Notes under the pieces: model-generated
What the model was told of the DNA's origin: nothing
Seen by the model: the letters and a program-made list of their open reading frames with translations, nothing else
The model's database searches: none
Position numbers and translations under genes: made by a program
Shown here: positions 5,488-15,130 of the stretch, piece by piece
Layout: each line of letters starts with the position of its first letter
How positions within the stretch are numbered: position 1 is the stretch's first letter
Source: a virus
Lineage: Duplodnaviria > Caudoviricetes
Virus record (IMG/VR): IMGVR_UViG_3300025277_000142
Location: 1-25,107 of that record
Length of the DNA stretch: 25,107 nt
Direction: 5' to 3' (one strand)

Positions 5488-5823
5488 TCATTTGTTATTA
5501 GTGCTGTAGCTGGTAGATTCCTTAATAATGGATTGATCGTCAGCCGAATCAGAGAAATAAAAGTCGCTCAGCTTGGCTTGCGTGGTGGCACTAGCAGTCA
5601 AAATTATCAGCAGCAGGTTCTCCACTGAATCCGACATCTCCACTGCTTTAGCTGCCATTAACATCAACCCTATCACCGCACTAATCATCACCGCTAGTAA
5701 CCCCATGCTTAGAATAAACTTACGCTGCTGACGATATAGTACGATTTGAAGCAAACGTAAGTTTATTTCATGTGGCAGGTCGTGGTCAATCTGGGTCTGA
5801 GTTTCGTGCGGTAGATCTTCCAT
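5488..5823 (-). CDS. Two-TM membrane protein, holin-like
   Basis: FILSMGLLAVMISAVIGLMLMAA and VENLLLIILTASA...DFYFSDS; TAATG-coupled to the upstream gene. Confidence 0.6.
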   Translation of the reverse strand: MEDLPHETQTQIDHDLPHEINLRLLQIVLYRQQRKFILSMGLLAVMISAVIGLMLMAAKAVEMSDSVENLLLIILTASATTQAKLSDFYFSDSADDQSIIKESTSYSTNNK

Positions 5824-8800
5824 TAGTCTCTAGGCTGATTTCTCAACAGTAATTTATCCATCGCTCTCTGACCCTCCTCCGGTGATGAGTATGGGAGACC
5901 CAGTAGAACATCCATCGCTCGGCTCCGTTTCCTTTGCTGGACTTCAGGTTGTGTCGATACCCTGGCCACGAATCCCGCGGCCGGTGAAACCCCTGACATG
6001 ATCCGACCAGTTTTCTGGATCGTTTCTGGGAAGGTGTAACCTTGTAGTTGCCATCTCTTGGAGAACTTGGATTGACGAAAAGCATCATAAACCGGTTGAC
6101 CTACTAACCCTATGATGGCTCCAGCTACCCACTCCGGTCCGGGTAAGTCACCGAATAGATAACTCCCAGATTGACCAGCAGCCGCCCCAATTCCAAACCG
6201 TAGTAGCGCCGCCATCTTAGCAATCTGATTTATAGCGTGTTGGTTGTAAGCTGTTTGAGACCCACCTATAGTGCTTCTTAAACCACCGGAACTGTTGAGC
6301 AACATCTGTAAATCATCCATCAGCTCCACAATATCGTCACCTAAAACATCAGTCATCACCTTACGGTCAACCTTGCTGACTGATCTTCTCAAGGCGCTAG
6401 CTGTCAGGTCACCTTCAGAAGTGGCTAATATCCCTATCTCTCGACCCCTTCCAGGTTGAGCCCTCTCGAAGATCTGAACCAACAATTCACCCTTGATAGC
6501 CTGTTGCGCGTCTTCACCTACGGTGGCTAGTATGGCTGGCATGTCCACCTCGTTGAAAAACCCGCTACCACTGGGGTTGAGGATATATTTCTCTACCAGT
6601 TCTTTGTATCGACCGCCTGCCCGTTTCGATGTCCCTTCCACCAGTGCTTTGATCCGTTTACCCCAAATACTGTTAAACTTCTGAGTTCCTTTGTAATATT
6701 CCAACTTACCCTGACGTAATTTAGCCGCGTCTTCAGGTGAAGCCGCCATAGCCGCCTCATACATATCATCAGTCATAGCATCATAGATCTGCATGCCCCA
6801 AGCTTTATTGAGAGGTATCTGGACCTCAGCCACATCTCCGGTATAGATTTCTTTTTGCTGACGACGGAAACTGGATCGTTCTTTATCCAGATCCGATATG
6901 GTTAGAGTGCCTGTTGGGGTTGTAGGTGTAGTGGGGGCTGTGTCCACTGAGTCCAGGTCTTTAACAATTATGGCCGGGAAAGACTTTTTACCCATATTAT
7001 GTAATGCAACATACCGATGTGCCCCCTCTAAAATATAGGGGCCGTCGCTATCTACAGCAATAATCAGCGGGCTGATCTCTCCACTCTGCTCTATTTTCTC
7101 AGCCAAAGTTTTGCTGCGATTGAAATCATCAGCCGCGTAGAATACAGATTGTGGCCCGCCAAACTCATCCATCGACACTTCTCGGACACCATCTAATACC
7201 TCATACTCGTCAAAAGTAGCTCCGATAGAGTCAGTGTTAGGGATCTCACCTCTGACAGTTAAACCATCAACAGTATCACCGGCTAACTGGTATGCTCCCG
7301 TCGGTGTTGTAGGTGTGGTGGGGGTTGTGGTGGCGGGAACCGCTGGTTGTCGGGATTCTTCCCATAACTGAGCCAAACGTTGATCATAATCATCAGACAC
7401 TTGACCTCTGATAAACGTTTCTCTCGTTGTGAAATCCTTGCTTTGACCCTTATTTTCAACAAAACCGAATGATTTATAGAAATCCTTCAGACGTTTGACA
7501 TTTCCTCCAAAATCTCCTGTCGGTGTCAATACGATTCTCTGTCCAGTTTTGTCAGCATAATCAATCAGGTCATCCATCAAGGTGGTGCCGATCCCTTCCC
7601 CCCTTTGGGATTCAGGAACGATAACCCTTGATAGAGTTATGGTGCCGTTCTTTTCCGAAATATCAACAGTAACACCAGAATACTTCTGGCTTAAAATTGT
7701 TTCGATCTTATAAGGTGCTTTAATAAACGCATCCGCTGTCGGATACTTGTACGCCTCAACTGATAACGGACCACCCTCACCGGACGGGGCTTGTTGTAGT
7801 CGAGGATATTCGGCCATCACTTCAGGAGGTATCGACTCTCCTTCTTCCATTGCTTGCTTGATCATAGACTCATGGGCACCGAGACTCTCTTGACTACGTA
7901 AATCTCTGGGTGAATATATCCATTCATTTTGATCCGTACCAGCCCAGGTAACATCAGCCGCCCGAACTTCCAGTTCGACCACCTTACTCCCCACATCACC
8001 ATATCCATCAGCCCCGTGTTCATCCGCGTACCAACGTTCGAGTGCTACCCAATCACCAGGAAGAATACCATCGGAAGGATCATCAGACGAAATGGCCCGA
8101 TAAATCGTAACTGTGTCGTCTGGTTCAATATCAATGAACTTCTCAACGAACCCTGGCCCTCCTTCTTCATATCCGAAATCTTCAGAATGATTCCTGATAG
8201 CGGTGGGGAGTTCGTTACTAGGGTCAGCCGATAAGGCTCTTGACATCCGATCCGCCCGGACCTCGTTCTTATAACTTAGATGCTTCCAGGAATTGAACTG
8301 TTCCCGCGTCATCTGATGGGGTTCTGTGGATTCCAAGAAGTTCCGCTGGGCGTTCATGGTCCACTTCTTCCACGGCTTCTGAGGTTCGACCGGAGCCGTA
8401 CCACCCGTCGGGGATGTGCCTCTTGTTCTAAGATCAACGATCTCTGAAGTCTCGATCCCCCCCTGAAAGGGGCGAGTCGTAACAATCCCATCATACCCAG
8501 CAGCCGCAATAGCGTCACTTAACTCAGCCCCAGTTTTACCGTCGAAACGTTGGGTCAACACTTTTTTCCAGTTTCCTGGTTGGCTATAACCTTCACCCCA
8601 TTCGATTACCAAAGGATTCTCGAACCGAACACGACTCGACACCCAATTGGGCATACCTTGAATACTTTGGGGTGTACCCTTGGTCATATAAACACCAGCC
8701 GGTTCAATATCTTGACCGTATTGGGTTCCCATATTCGGCGCCTGTTCTGTGTTACGAACAGAATCAAACTCGTAAGGCTGACCCTCTATGGGTTGACCTG

Positions 8801-10190
8801 ATACCGCCGTGGGTGTAGTTTCAGCTTGACCCATATATGCCGCCAAGTTGTCGCGCATAGTTTGAACTCGACGAATATCAACCTCGTTCTCCGAGATGGC
8901 ACCGACAGAATATTCCTCTAATATCTCGTCTAGTTTAGCGATAGTATGGTTATAGTTGGCTGGATGGTGACCGATCTGGTTCTTAACAGCTTCCAGGACC
9001 GCACCTGACTCAGCCTTCCATTTCTTGTAATGTTTATCGAAACCAATGGCTATTTGACGACCCACATCAGCCGTGTCGATATTGGTTCCACCAGCCATAC
9101 TGATCGTCTTATCGACCAGCTTGTTGATACCCTTCGTGAAATTATCCCATCGGGTTCGAGCTGATTTATTGAATCCAGTCATAATATCAGCCGCTTCACG
9201 CTTGATCACTGGTTCGGCACTAGTCTCCAGCCCGATGGGTGTATCCGGTTTCTCTCCTGGTTTACCACCAAACTCCTCCGAATATTTCCGTAAAACAGGG
9301 TCGACCTCCGGTTTGTAAGCGTCGGAATAAGGGGTAGTGAAATCACCTCTAGCGAATTTCTCTAAGAACTTCCCACCCACATTAGGAACCACAGCATAGG
9401 GATCAACCGCATCAACTACATCGGCCGTAATACCAGCCACTCTAGCCAATCGGGGCAATTTAGCCGCTCGAGCACCCATCCCACCCACTCGGGCTATTGG
9501 ACCCAGTAACTCAGCCCCCATCGATAGAACTTCTTCCGGTCGTTCGACTAATCGTTCCTGTAGACCACCTTCACTCAGCAGGTCTTGAGTATCTTTCCCC
9601 ATCGCTGTAGCCGTCGGCATCCGTTCAGCGATCTGTTCCCATTCCTGTTCAGTAATATCCTCACCGGTGGCTCCTCTCCACATCAAGCCGTAATAGGATG
9701 GGAACTCTTTAATTATTTCCCGCAAGACTTTATAGACACCGCCAGCTTTGGGTCCGCCGATAGTAGCTGGAGTAAAGGCTTGAATACCGGACCAAACTGC
9801 ACCCGGTAATCTTCCTGGTAACGATGGTGCCCCTTTGACGGCAGCTTCACCCACACCCATGTCAGCGTAATGTTGACGACGACTACGGTTAATCTCATTC
9901 ATAGCCTGCTGAAACTCTGGTTGTTGGTTGACGAAAGATCGAACACCTTCCGGGTCTCGGGCTTCAAGACCTGGGTTTTCAGCTCGGAACCGTCGCAACT
10001 TGTCCAATAATGGGCCGAACGGTCCACCTAGTGGTTCGACAATGGGTATGCCAGCATGAGGGTCGGCCGGCAATCCGGGACTGGTTGGAGCCGGACCATA
10101 GACACCAGTTACGATTCTCTGAAAATCGTCTTCATTCAGATGTTCGTAATTTTGTTGTCGTAATGTTTCCAGTGCTTGTTCTCTGGTCAT
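5823..10190 (-). CDS. Large internal virion/DNA-ejection protein with inserted enzymatic domains (two ART-like, GNAT, ParB/Srx); polyvalent-type
   Basis: Last of three helical, Ala/Gly-rich genes after the nozzle gene. Motifs: GYDGIV..SEIV; TIYRA..GDWV..YA..EW; VPESQRGEGIGTTLM..LKDFYKSFGF; ISPLII..ILEGAHRYVAL. Confidence 0.75.
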   Translation of the reverse strand: MTREQALETLRQQNYEHLNEDDFQRIVTGVYGPAPTSPGLPADPHAGIPIVEPLGGPFGPLLDKLRRFRAENPGLEARDPEGVRSFVNQQPEFQQAMNEINRSRRQHYADMGVGEAAVKGAPSLPGRLPGAVWSGIQAFTPATIGGPKAGGVYKVLREIIKEFPSYYGLMWRGATGEDITEQEWEQIAERMPTATAMGKDTQDLLSEGGLQERLVERPEEVLSMGAELLGPIARVGGMGARAAKLPRLARVAGITADVVDAVDPYAVVPNVGGKFLEKFARGDFTTPYSDAYKPEVDPVLRKYSEEFGGKPGEKPDTPIGLETSAEPVIKREAADIMTGFNKSARTRWDNFTKGINKLVDKTISMAGGTNIDTADVGRQIAIGFDKHYKKWKAESGAVLEAVKNQIGHHPANYNHTIAKLDEILEEYSVGAISENEVDIRRVQTMRDNLAAYMGQAETTPTAVSGQPIEGQPYEFDSVRNTEQAPNMGTQYGQDIEPAGVYMTKGTPQSIQGMPNWVSSRVRFENPLVIEWGEGYSQPGNWKKVLTQRFDGKTGAELSDAIAAAGYDGIVTTRPFQGGIETSEIVDLRTRGTSPTGGTAPVEPQKPWKKWTMNAQRNFLESTEPHQMTREQFNSWKHLSYKNEVRADRMSRALSADPSNELPTAIRNHSEDFGYEEGGPGFVEKFIDIEPDDTVTIYRAISSDDPSDGILPGDWVALERWYADEHGADGYGDVGSKVVELEVRAADVTWAGTDQNEWIYSPRDLRSQESLGAHESMIKQAMEEGESIPPEVMAEYPRLQQAPSGEGGPLSVEAYKYPTADAFIKAPYKIETILSQKYSGVTVDISEKNGTITLSRVIVPESQRGEGIGTTLMDDLIDYADKTGQRIVLTPTGDFGGNVKRLKDFYKSFGFVENKGQSKDFTTRETFIRGQVSDDYDQRLAQLWEESRQPAVPATTTPTTPTTPTGAYQLAGDTVDGLTVRGEIPNTDSIGATFDEYEVLDGVREVSMDEFGGPQSVFYAADDFNRSKTLAEKIEQSGEISPLIIAVDSDGPYILEGAHRYVALHNMGKKSFPAIIVKDLDSVDTAPTTPTTPTGTLTISDLDKERSSFRRQQKEIYTGDVAEVQIPLNKAWGMQIYDAMTDDMYEAAMAASPEDAAKLRQGKLEYYKGTQKFNSIWGKRIKALVEGTSKRAGGRYKELVEKYILNPSGSGFFNEVDMPAILATVGEDAQQAIKGELLVQIFERAQPGRGREIGILATSEGDLTASALRRSVSKVDRKVMTDVLGDDIVELMDDLQMLLNSSGGLRSTIGGSQTAYNQHAINQIAKMAALLRFGIGAAAGQSGSYLFGDLPGPEWVAGAIIGLVGQPVYDAFRQSKFSKRWQLQGYTFPETIQKTGRIMSGVSPAAGFVARVSTQPEVQQRKRSRAMDVLLGLPYSSPEEGQRAMDKLLLRNQPRD

Positions 10191-11518
10191 TATTTACCCC
10201 CCGTAATACGACTCTTAGCGTCCTGTTCCTCAGCCGCTTTAGCCGGACCTATAGGGTTGTCCCACCCTTGTTGCATTTCCTTTACCTGTTCTGGAGTGAG
10301 AGGAACCCTCGACACCTGAGAGACATCGTAACGATAGATTTGGCCTATCAGCTTCTCTACAGTTTCAATATCCGGCACACCCGCCGCACTCATATATTGA
10401 TAAGCCACCTTCAAACTGTCTCGTTCCAGCATACTATTGATCCGGCCTTCATTAACCGATTGAGCCAACTCGGCTTGTGGCCACAGACTGTAATAATCTT
10501 TAGTCTCCTGATCTGAGAACGCTGCTCCTGAGACAGCTTGTCGAAACTTGAAAAACTCATCCTTTATACTTAATGTCACTCTCTGTAAAGCTGGGATCTG
10601 TTGAGCAGCTATTTTCTCGAATGCCTGAGAGGCCGCGCCTTCGCTTAACGTCTGTTTCATAGCGTCAAATATGCCGGTCGATCCACCTAAGCGGTAATAC
10701 TCATCTAACTCATCTTTAATCCGGCTGGTAGATTCCACCGCGATTTCCATCCGCTGCATTTTGTCTCGACCAGTGGCCGACATTGATCCCTTGGTAGCTG
10801 TTCGGAACATCGCCTGTGCTGTATTTATTTGACCGTCAGATAACTCCTCCCTGATAGAGTTTTTATAAACAGCGATCTGGTCATGTTTATCAGCTATTAA
10901 AGCGGTGGCTAGTGGGAAGTATTGGTCGAAGACGGGATCACCTAAAGGCTCAGCCGATTTCGTTAGCGCATAATTCTTATATTGAACGTTGGCCATTCGC
11001 TGATTGATCAGTCCTTCACTAGCCTTACTCGTTGCCACCTGTTGGGTGATATATTTGGTGCGCTCCTCAGCCTGTGTCTTCATAGCCCCAACACGATCTA
11101 TCTCAGTTTGTAGTTTTGTTCCCGCCAGTGTCCCACTCATCTCCTGGATCTCTGGACCTGTCAGAGATCGACCCTGGATGGCACTCAGACGCATCATCTC
11201 ATCTATCGCCCTCGGTTTTTCTGGCAACTTAGTTAGGCCCACCCGTTGGCTCATTAAATTAGCCTCATCGGATGCTATAGATGAAAGACCCTCAGCCTCA
11301 GTTAATTGATAGGGGAATATTTGCGCCGACTGCTGCTTCTTCTGAGTTAAAATACCCCCCTGTGTCCTGGCGTTATTCAGGTCTTCCAACCCTTTCAGGT
11401 ACTTGATCTGTTCCATAGACTGGGCTTGAGCGTTGAGATCTCGTAACTTTCGAGCTTTGAAGAAACTGTCGACTGCTTTAGCCAACCCGGAAGCGATTAC
11501 TAATCCTGTATTAGCCAT
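10190..11518 (-). CDS. Probable internal virion/ejection protein (start revised to MANTGLV)
   Basis: Helical, Q/A/E-rich sequence; position in a podovirus-like ejection cluster; ATG 1 nt after the upstream stop. Confidence 0.55.
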   Translation of the reverse strand: MANTGLVIASGLAKAVDSFFKARKLRDLNAQAQSMEQIKYLKGLEDLNNARTQGGILTQKKQQSAQIFPYQLTEAEGLSSIASDEANLMSQRVGLTKLPEKPRAIDEMMRLSAIQGRSLTGPEIQEMSGTLAGTKLQTEIDRVGAMKTQAEERTKYITQQVATSKASEGLINQRMANVQYKNYALTKSAEPLGDPVFDQYFPLATALIADKHDQIAVYKNSIREELSDGQINTAQAMFRTATKGSMSATGRDKMQRMEIAVESTSRIKDELDEYYRLGGSTGIFDAMKQTLSEGAASQAFEKIAAQQIPALQRVTLSIKDEFFKFRQAVSGAAFSDQETKDYYSLWPQAELAQSVNEGRINSMLERDSLKVAYQYMSAAGVPDIETVEKLIGQIYRYDVSQVSRVPLTPEQVKEMQQGWDNPIGPAKAAEEQDAKSRITGGK

Positions 11519-11519
11519 C

Positions 11520-12104
11520 TTATCTATCATACCTCGATTGTGATGCCCATGTTGACCAGTCACTCCCGGCCGGTAGAGGTGCCCCACCCCCCTGAGATGG
11601 TAACGCTCCTGATGGTGGGGTTAATTGACCGGTAGGAGTACCCTGGTAGCCCAGGTAACTCCCAGTGGCGGTACTGAATAGACCGATGAAATCAGACAAC
11701 ATCTGCATCTCCATCTGATACTCCATCATTTTCTGTTGCCATCCCCGCTCGGAGATTTCACCTTCCATCTGCGACCTCATCCGGTTGAGTTCACCAATGG
11801 CACGTTGGATAGCTTGGTTCTGTGTGCCGGCTGTGATTCCAGCCCCTAACGGACTGTCACCCAACCCGCGTCGATTCATACCCTGACCAGTTAGCTGACC
11901 GATAGCGCTAGCACCCTGCATAGCTTCACCGGTATACTGGCCGGCCATATCCTCGAAGGCTTTGCGACGATTGAAGGCGTATTCACCCATATCAGGTTTA
12001 TTAGGTGCTAAACCGAAAGACACGATCTCTCCTAACGAGGCTTTACCTTGGTTATCGGACCACCATTTCTTCTTGCTCTTATATTCGCCCGAATAATCTG
12101 CCAT
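11520..12104 (-). CDS. Probable small ejection/pilot protein
   Basis: G/Q/M/A-rich with an RRGLGDS motif and a hydrophobic Gly-rich C-terminal patch; directly follows the nozzle gene. Confidence 0.55.
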   Translation of the reverse strand: MADYSGEYKSKKKWWSDNQGKASLGEIVSFGLAPNKPDMGEYAFNRRKAFEDMAGQYTGEAMQGASAIGQLTGQGMNRRGLGDSPLGAGITAGTQNQAIQRAIGELNRMRSQMEGEISERGWQQKMMEYQMEMQMLSDFIGLFSTATGSYLGYQGTPTGQLTPPSGALPSQGGGAPLPAGSDWSTWASQSRYDR

Positions 12105-14248
12105 TATTTCCCCCTAAACTGTATTTCTAAGAATCTTACTGTTTGGACACCACTTAACTCGAACTTAACTTTGAATCTGTTTCCACGAGCGAAGGGGCGA
12201 ATAGTGTAGTTGTTGGATTTGGATAGAGTATAGACTGTAGGACCAACCGACGAAGCTGGATTGGGAATCACTACCGATTCAGACTCTCCATCGACATCGA
12301 TTTTCAGAGAGACATTAGCCGCAGTCCCATCGATACCCACTCGAACAGTGTCGATTGTGGTGGGTCGGGCGAAGACAAACTCCTCGGAAGTGTAGCTGAC
12401 AGCCACGCTAGAGTTATCGTCAGTCTCAGCCTCATCATCAAACAACCGATACAACACCGTGATACCCGACTTCTCACCCATTGCATACAAGGCGGGGCTA
12501 CCACTGGCATAAGTGGTCGATGATGGAGAGGAGAAATGGTTGTTCCCACGGCTGACATAAGTATTCTCTAAGGTATTAACAGCCAGGTTCGACAGATTCT
12601 TATCACCCACATCGAACCGAGTCCAGGTGTTACGAAACTCCTCATAAACATATAGATCTGACTGGCCACTACTGGCCACAATCAAGACATAAACCAGACC
12701 ATCATCAGCCACGATATTCTTGATCTTAGATTCACCGTGATCGTTCAAAGCTCCTTGTATGGGGGCCGAAATCCAAGTGATTTGACCATTCACATCCAAG
12801 CGGTAGATACGGGTATCAGCCGGAGACAGGAAATATAGGTTACCATTCATCTCACCCACACACCTATCTTTACCACCGATGGAATCGATGAACTCCGAGA
12901 AGTCTAAGTCGGTGTTAGGTAATCTGATATTATATAAACCCTCAATAATCCCGTGACCTTTACCTAACTGAATGGAAGCATCGCCGAAGATGGCAATATA
13001 GTTACGACTGTGACCAATAGCTCGGATAACGTCGCGTGTTTTGATCTGATGAGGAATAGCTGGTGATTCTGCACCATCGGTCAGCCAACCACCCTGGTCC
13101 TTACTTTTAACCAAAGGCCAAATATCGTATAATGGAGCCGCTGTCTCATCGATAGCTGAGAAACACAGCATATCTCCGTTATCAGGTAGATTAGCCCTGG
13201 CTGTAGTTGTCTCGTCTAAATGGCTGGCATCTTCCACCATGCTACCCCATATCCGACCAGCATATAACACGATATGGTTCAGACTGGAGGGGGGTTTACT
13301 GGCAAATTCGGTGCTAGACAACATCGAAACCCCATAGGATCGAGTAGCGTCGGTGTCTTGATGGTTGATGGATGGATAAGTTGAAGGATCTCCAATAGGT
13401 ACAGAAATATCGTGCTGACGAATCAGTTTCAGTGGCGCGTTCTGGGCTAAGGTTCCTTCTATCTCACTAGCATCGGCCGGGATGGGGGCTTGTTTGTCCG
13501 TTCGGTACAGGTTGATGTATTTTATCTGTGTATCAGTCGGGATGGGGTTGGTGCCAGTGTTCAACAGGGTGATGATAGCTTTATTCTTGTGTCCGTCTTC
13601 ACCATCCTTCTCCTGTTCCACTACCACCCGATCTGACAACGGACTCAGCCCGCCGAAAGCGTTTTGAAAGCAGATAGCATAAGCATAGAACCCGGCTTCG
13701 ATGGTTCCACCGGTTTGGGTTGCGGCTGTGTTGACTTCAATATTACTGGCCGCGAAGGGTGGCGCATCCATCCCCCAGCGGTAGATTTTGGGATAGTTTT
13801 CACTGGTCCTGGCATCGATCCAGAACTGCCATTTACCGTTGGCTAAGAAAGCTCGATCCTGATTAGCTACCACTACATGATATTTCTCAGCCCAATAGTC
13901 TGTGGTCCATAAGTTAGCGTCAGTGATGTCACCGGTCTGGTTACTGACTAGCCAGGAGGTTGAAATGCCGCTATACCATAACCCGGTGGTAGTTTGGATG
14001 TAACGACGACCCTGGATAAAGAAAACCTGAACCACATTGGTCATGGTTCCGGTACCGGTCGGCCCCTCTCCTGGTGGGTTGCCATAATAGGCTAAGGAAT
14101 CACCCCCATTACCACCGAAATCGATACCGGGTCGAGTAACCAAAGCCCCATCGATACGAACGTTAAAGTTCTTGATGTCGTCGGCCGCTTCGCTCAAGTT
14201 CTCGTTGATACCCCGACTGAAGTTGTCTAGCTTATAGATCTTCTTCAT
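12104..14248 (-). CDS. Tail nozzle/stabilisation protein (P22 gp10 / T7 gp12-like position)
   Basis: Starts LDNFSRGINE..NFNVRIDGALVTRPG; beta-propeller-like repeats; ends RGNRFKVKFE..VRFLEIQF; synteny. Confidence 0.65.
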   Translation of the reverse strand: MKKIYKLDNFSRGINENLSEAADDIKNFNVRIDGALVTRPGIDFGGNGGDSLAYYGNPPGEGPTGTGTMTNVVQVFFIQGRRYIQTTTGLWYSGISTSWLVSNQTGDITDANLWTTDYWAEKYHVVVANQDRAFLANGKWQFWIDARTSENYPKIYRWGMDAPPFAASNIEVNTAATQTGGTIEAGFYAYAICFQNAFGGLSPLSDRVVVEQEKDGEDGHKNKAIITLLNTGTNPIPTDTQIKYINLYRTDKQAPIPADASEIEGTLAQNAPLKLIRQHDISVPIGDPSTYPSINHQDTDATRSYGVSMLSSTEFASKPPSSLNHIVLYAGRIWGSMVEDASHLDETTTARANLPDNGDMLCFSAIDETAAPLYDIWPLVKSKDQGGWLTDGAESPAIPHQIKTRDVIRAIGHSRNYIAIFGDASIQLGKGHGIIEGLYNIRLPNTDLDFSEFIDSIGGKDRCVGEMNGNLYFLSPADTRIYRLDVNGQITWISAPIQGALNDHGESKIKNIVADDGLVYVLIVASSGQSDLYVYEEFRNTWTRFDVGDKNLSNLAVNTLENTYVSRGNNHFSSPSSTTYASGSPALYAMGEKSGITVLYRLFDDEAETDDNSSVAVSYTSEEFVFARPTTIDTVRVGIDGTAANVSLKIDVDGESESVVIPNPASSVGPTVYTLSKSNNYTIRPFARGNRFKVKFELSGVQTVRFLEIQFRGK

Positions 14249-14249
14249 T

Positions 14250-15119
14250 TTAGGTGACTGCCGTTATTAACTGGGTCAAGGTGAACTCAAAGGGAACGAT
14301 TACTGTATCCCCATCACTAAAGGTTTCTAAGTCAGTATCGTTACCCAGACCAGTTAATAGATCCTTATTCATTATACGAATACTATCAGATGTCAGTATC
14401 TCCAGGTTGACCGGAGTATCTGGCACTTTTGCTGTGATAACTGTGCCCAGAATGGTATAAGCGTTAGTACCGTCATCCGTGGTCAACCCAGCTACTGAGA
14501 GTTCACCCGTTTTCAACTGATCTCCATCGTCATCGGTTAAGCGATAGATGCTCATAGTAATATTCTGAGCCGTACCTTGAATGGTCCGTAACAGTCGATG
14601 CACATACTCTTGACTACTGTCGGTGTAACCCTGAAACTGGATTCGATAGGTACAGGATACAGTGTCATTATCATCGATTACATCATCAGTGGCGATCCCG
14701 GTACTGGTGGGAGTAAAAGTGTTGTTCGACGTATCAGCCGTCGCCACTATTGTGGTCCCGTTCTCAGCCATCAGGTCAACACGCGAAACGTAACCATCTA
14801 TCGGACCTCCGCCAGTATCAAAAGTAGCCCCCGTCGGAGCAGTTAGTATGGAATACTCCGCATAAACATTTGTACCCAGGCTGATACCACCGTCGCTAAC
14901 ATTGGAAGACGGTGCCAAATAAACGGCCCCAGTGTTGAGCGTAATCTTGATCCGAGTCGGTATCAGCCCCCCACTTATATAATCATCGCCACTACTAACG
15001 ATCTGACCCCTCAACTCATTATAAACATTGTCTACTATATTATTCTTAATCACCTGCTTAATCTGTCGACCATCCGGTTTAGTGATCGTGATTTCTGCTT
15101 GGCCTGATAATCCTGACAT
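14250..15119 (-). CDS. Beta-rich virion structural protein; paralog of 15131..15985
   Basis: TAAGGAGA SD; shares GLxGxA, IxNxxxD, IDDNDT, QNxT and GDxVIVPF motifs with its neighbour. Confidence 0.6.
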   Translation of the reverse strand: MSGLSGQAEITITKPDGRQIKQVIKNNIVDNVYNELRGQIVSSGDDYISGGLIPTRIKITLNTGAVYLAPSSNVSDGGISLGTNVYAEYSILTAPTGATFDTGGGPIDGYVSRVDLMAENGTTIVATADTSNNTFTPTSTGIATDDVIDDNDTVSCTYRIQFQGYTDSSQEYVHRLLRTIQGTAQNITMSIYRLTDDDGDQLKTGELSVAGLTTDDGTNAYTILGTVITAKVPDTPVNLEILTSDSIRIMNKDLLTGLGNDTDLETFSDGDTVIVPFEFTLTQLITAVT

Positions 15120-15130
15120 CGAAAATCTCC

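Noticed and set aside
5488-5490. Genome-wide TGA or TAG stop-codon reassignment
   Set aside because: Long genes are intact in the standard code, and TGA/TAG stops coincide with coupled starts of the next genes (e.g. ATGA at 526-529 and 894-897).
5823-10190. Tape-measure protein, virion RNA polymerase or intein in the 1455-aa ORF
   Set aside because: No tail tube or chaperone genes, no RNAP catalytic motifs, and no intein splice-junction or LAGLIDADG motifs were seen.
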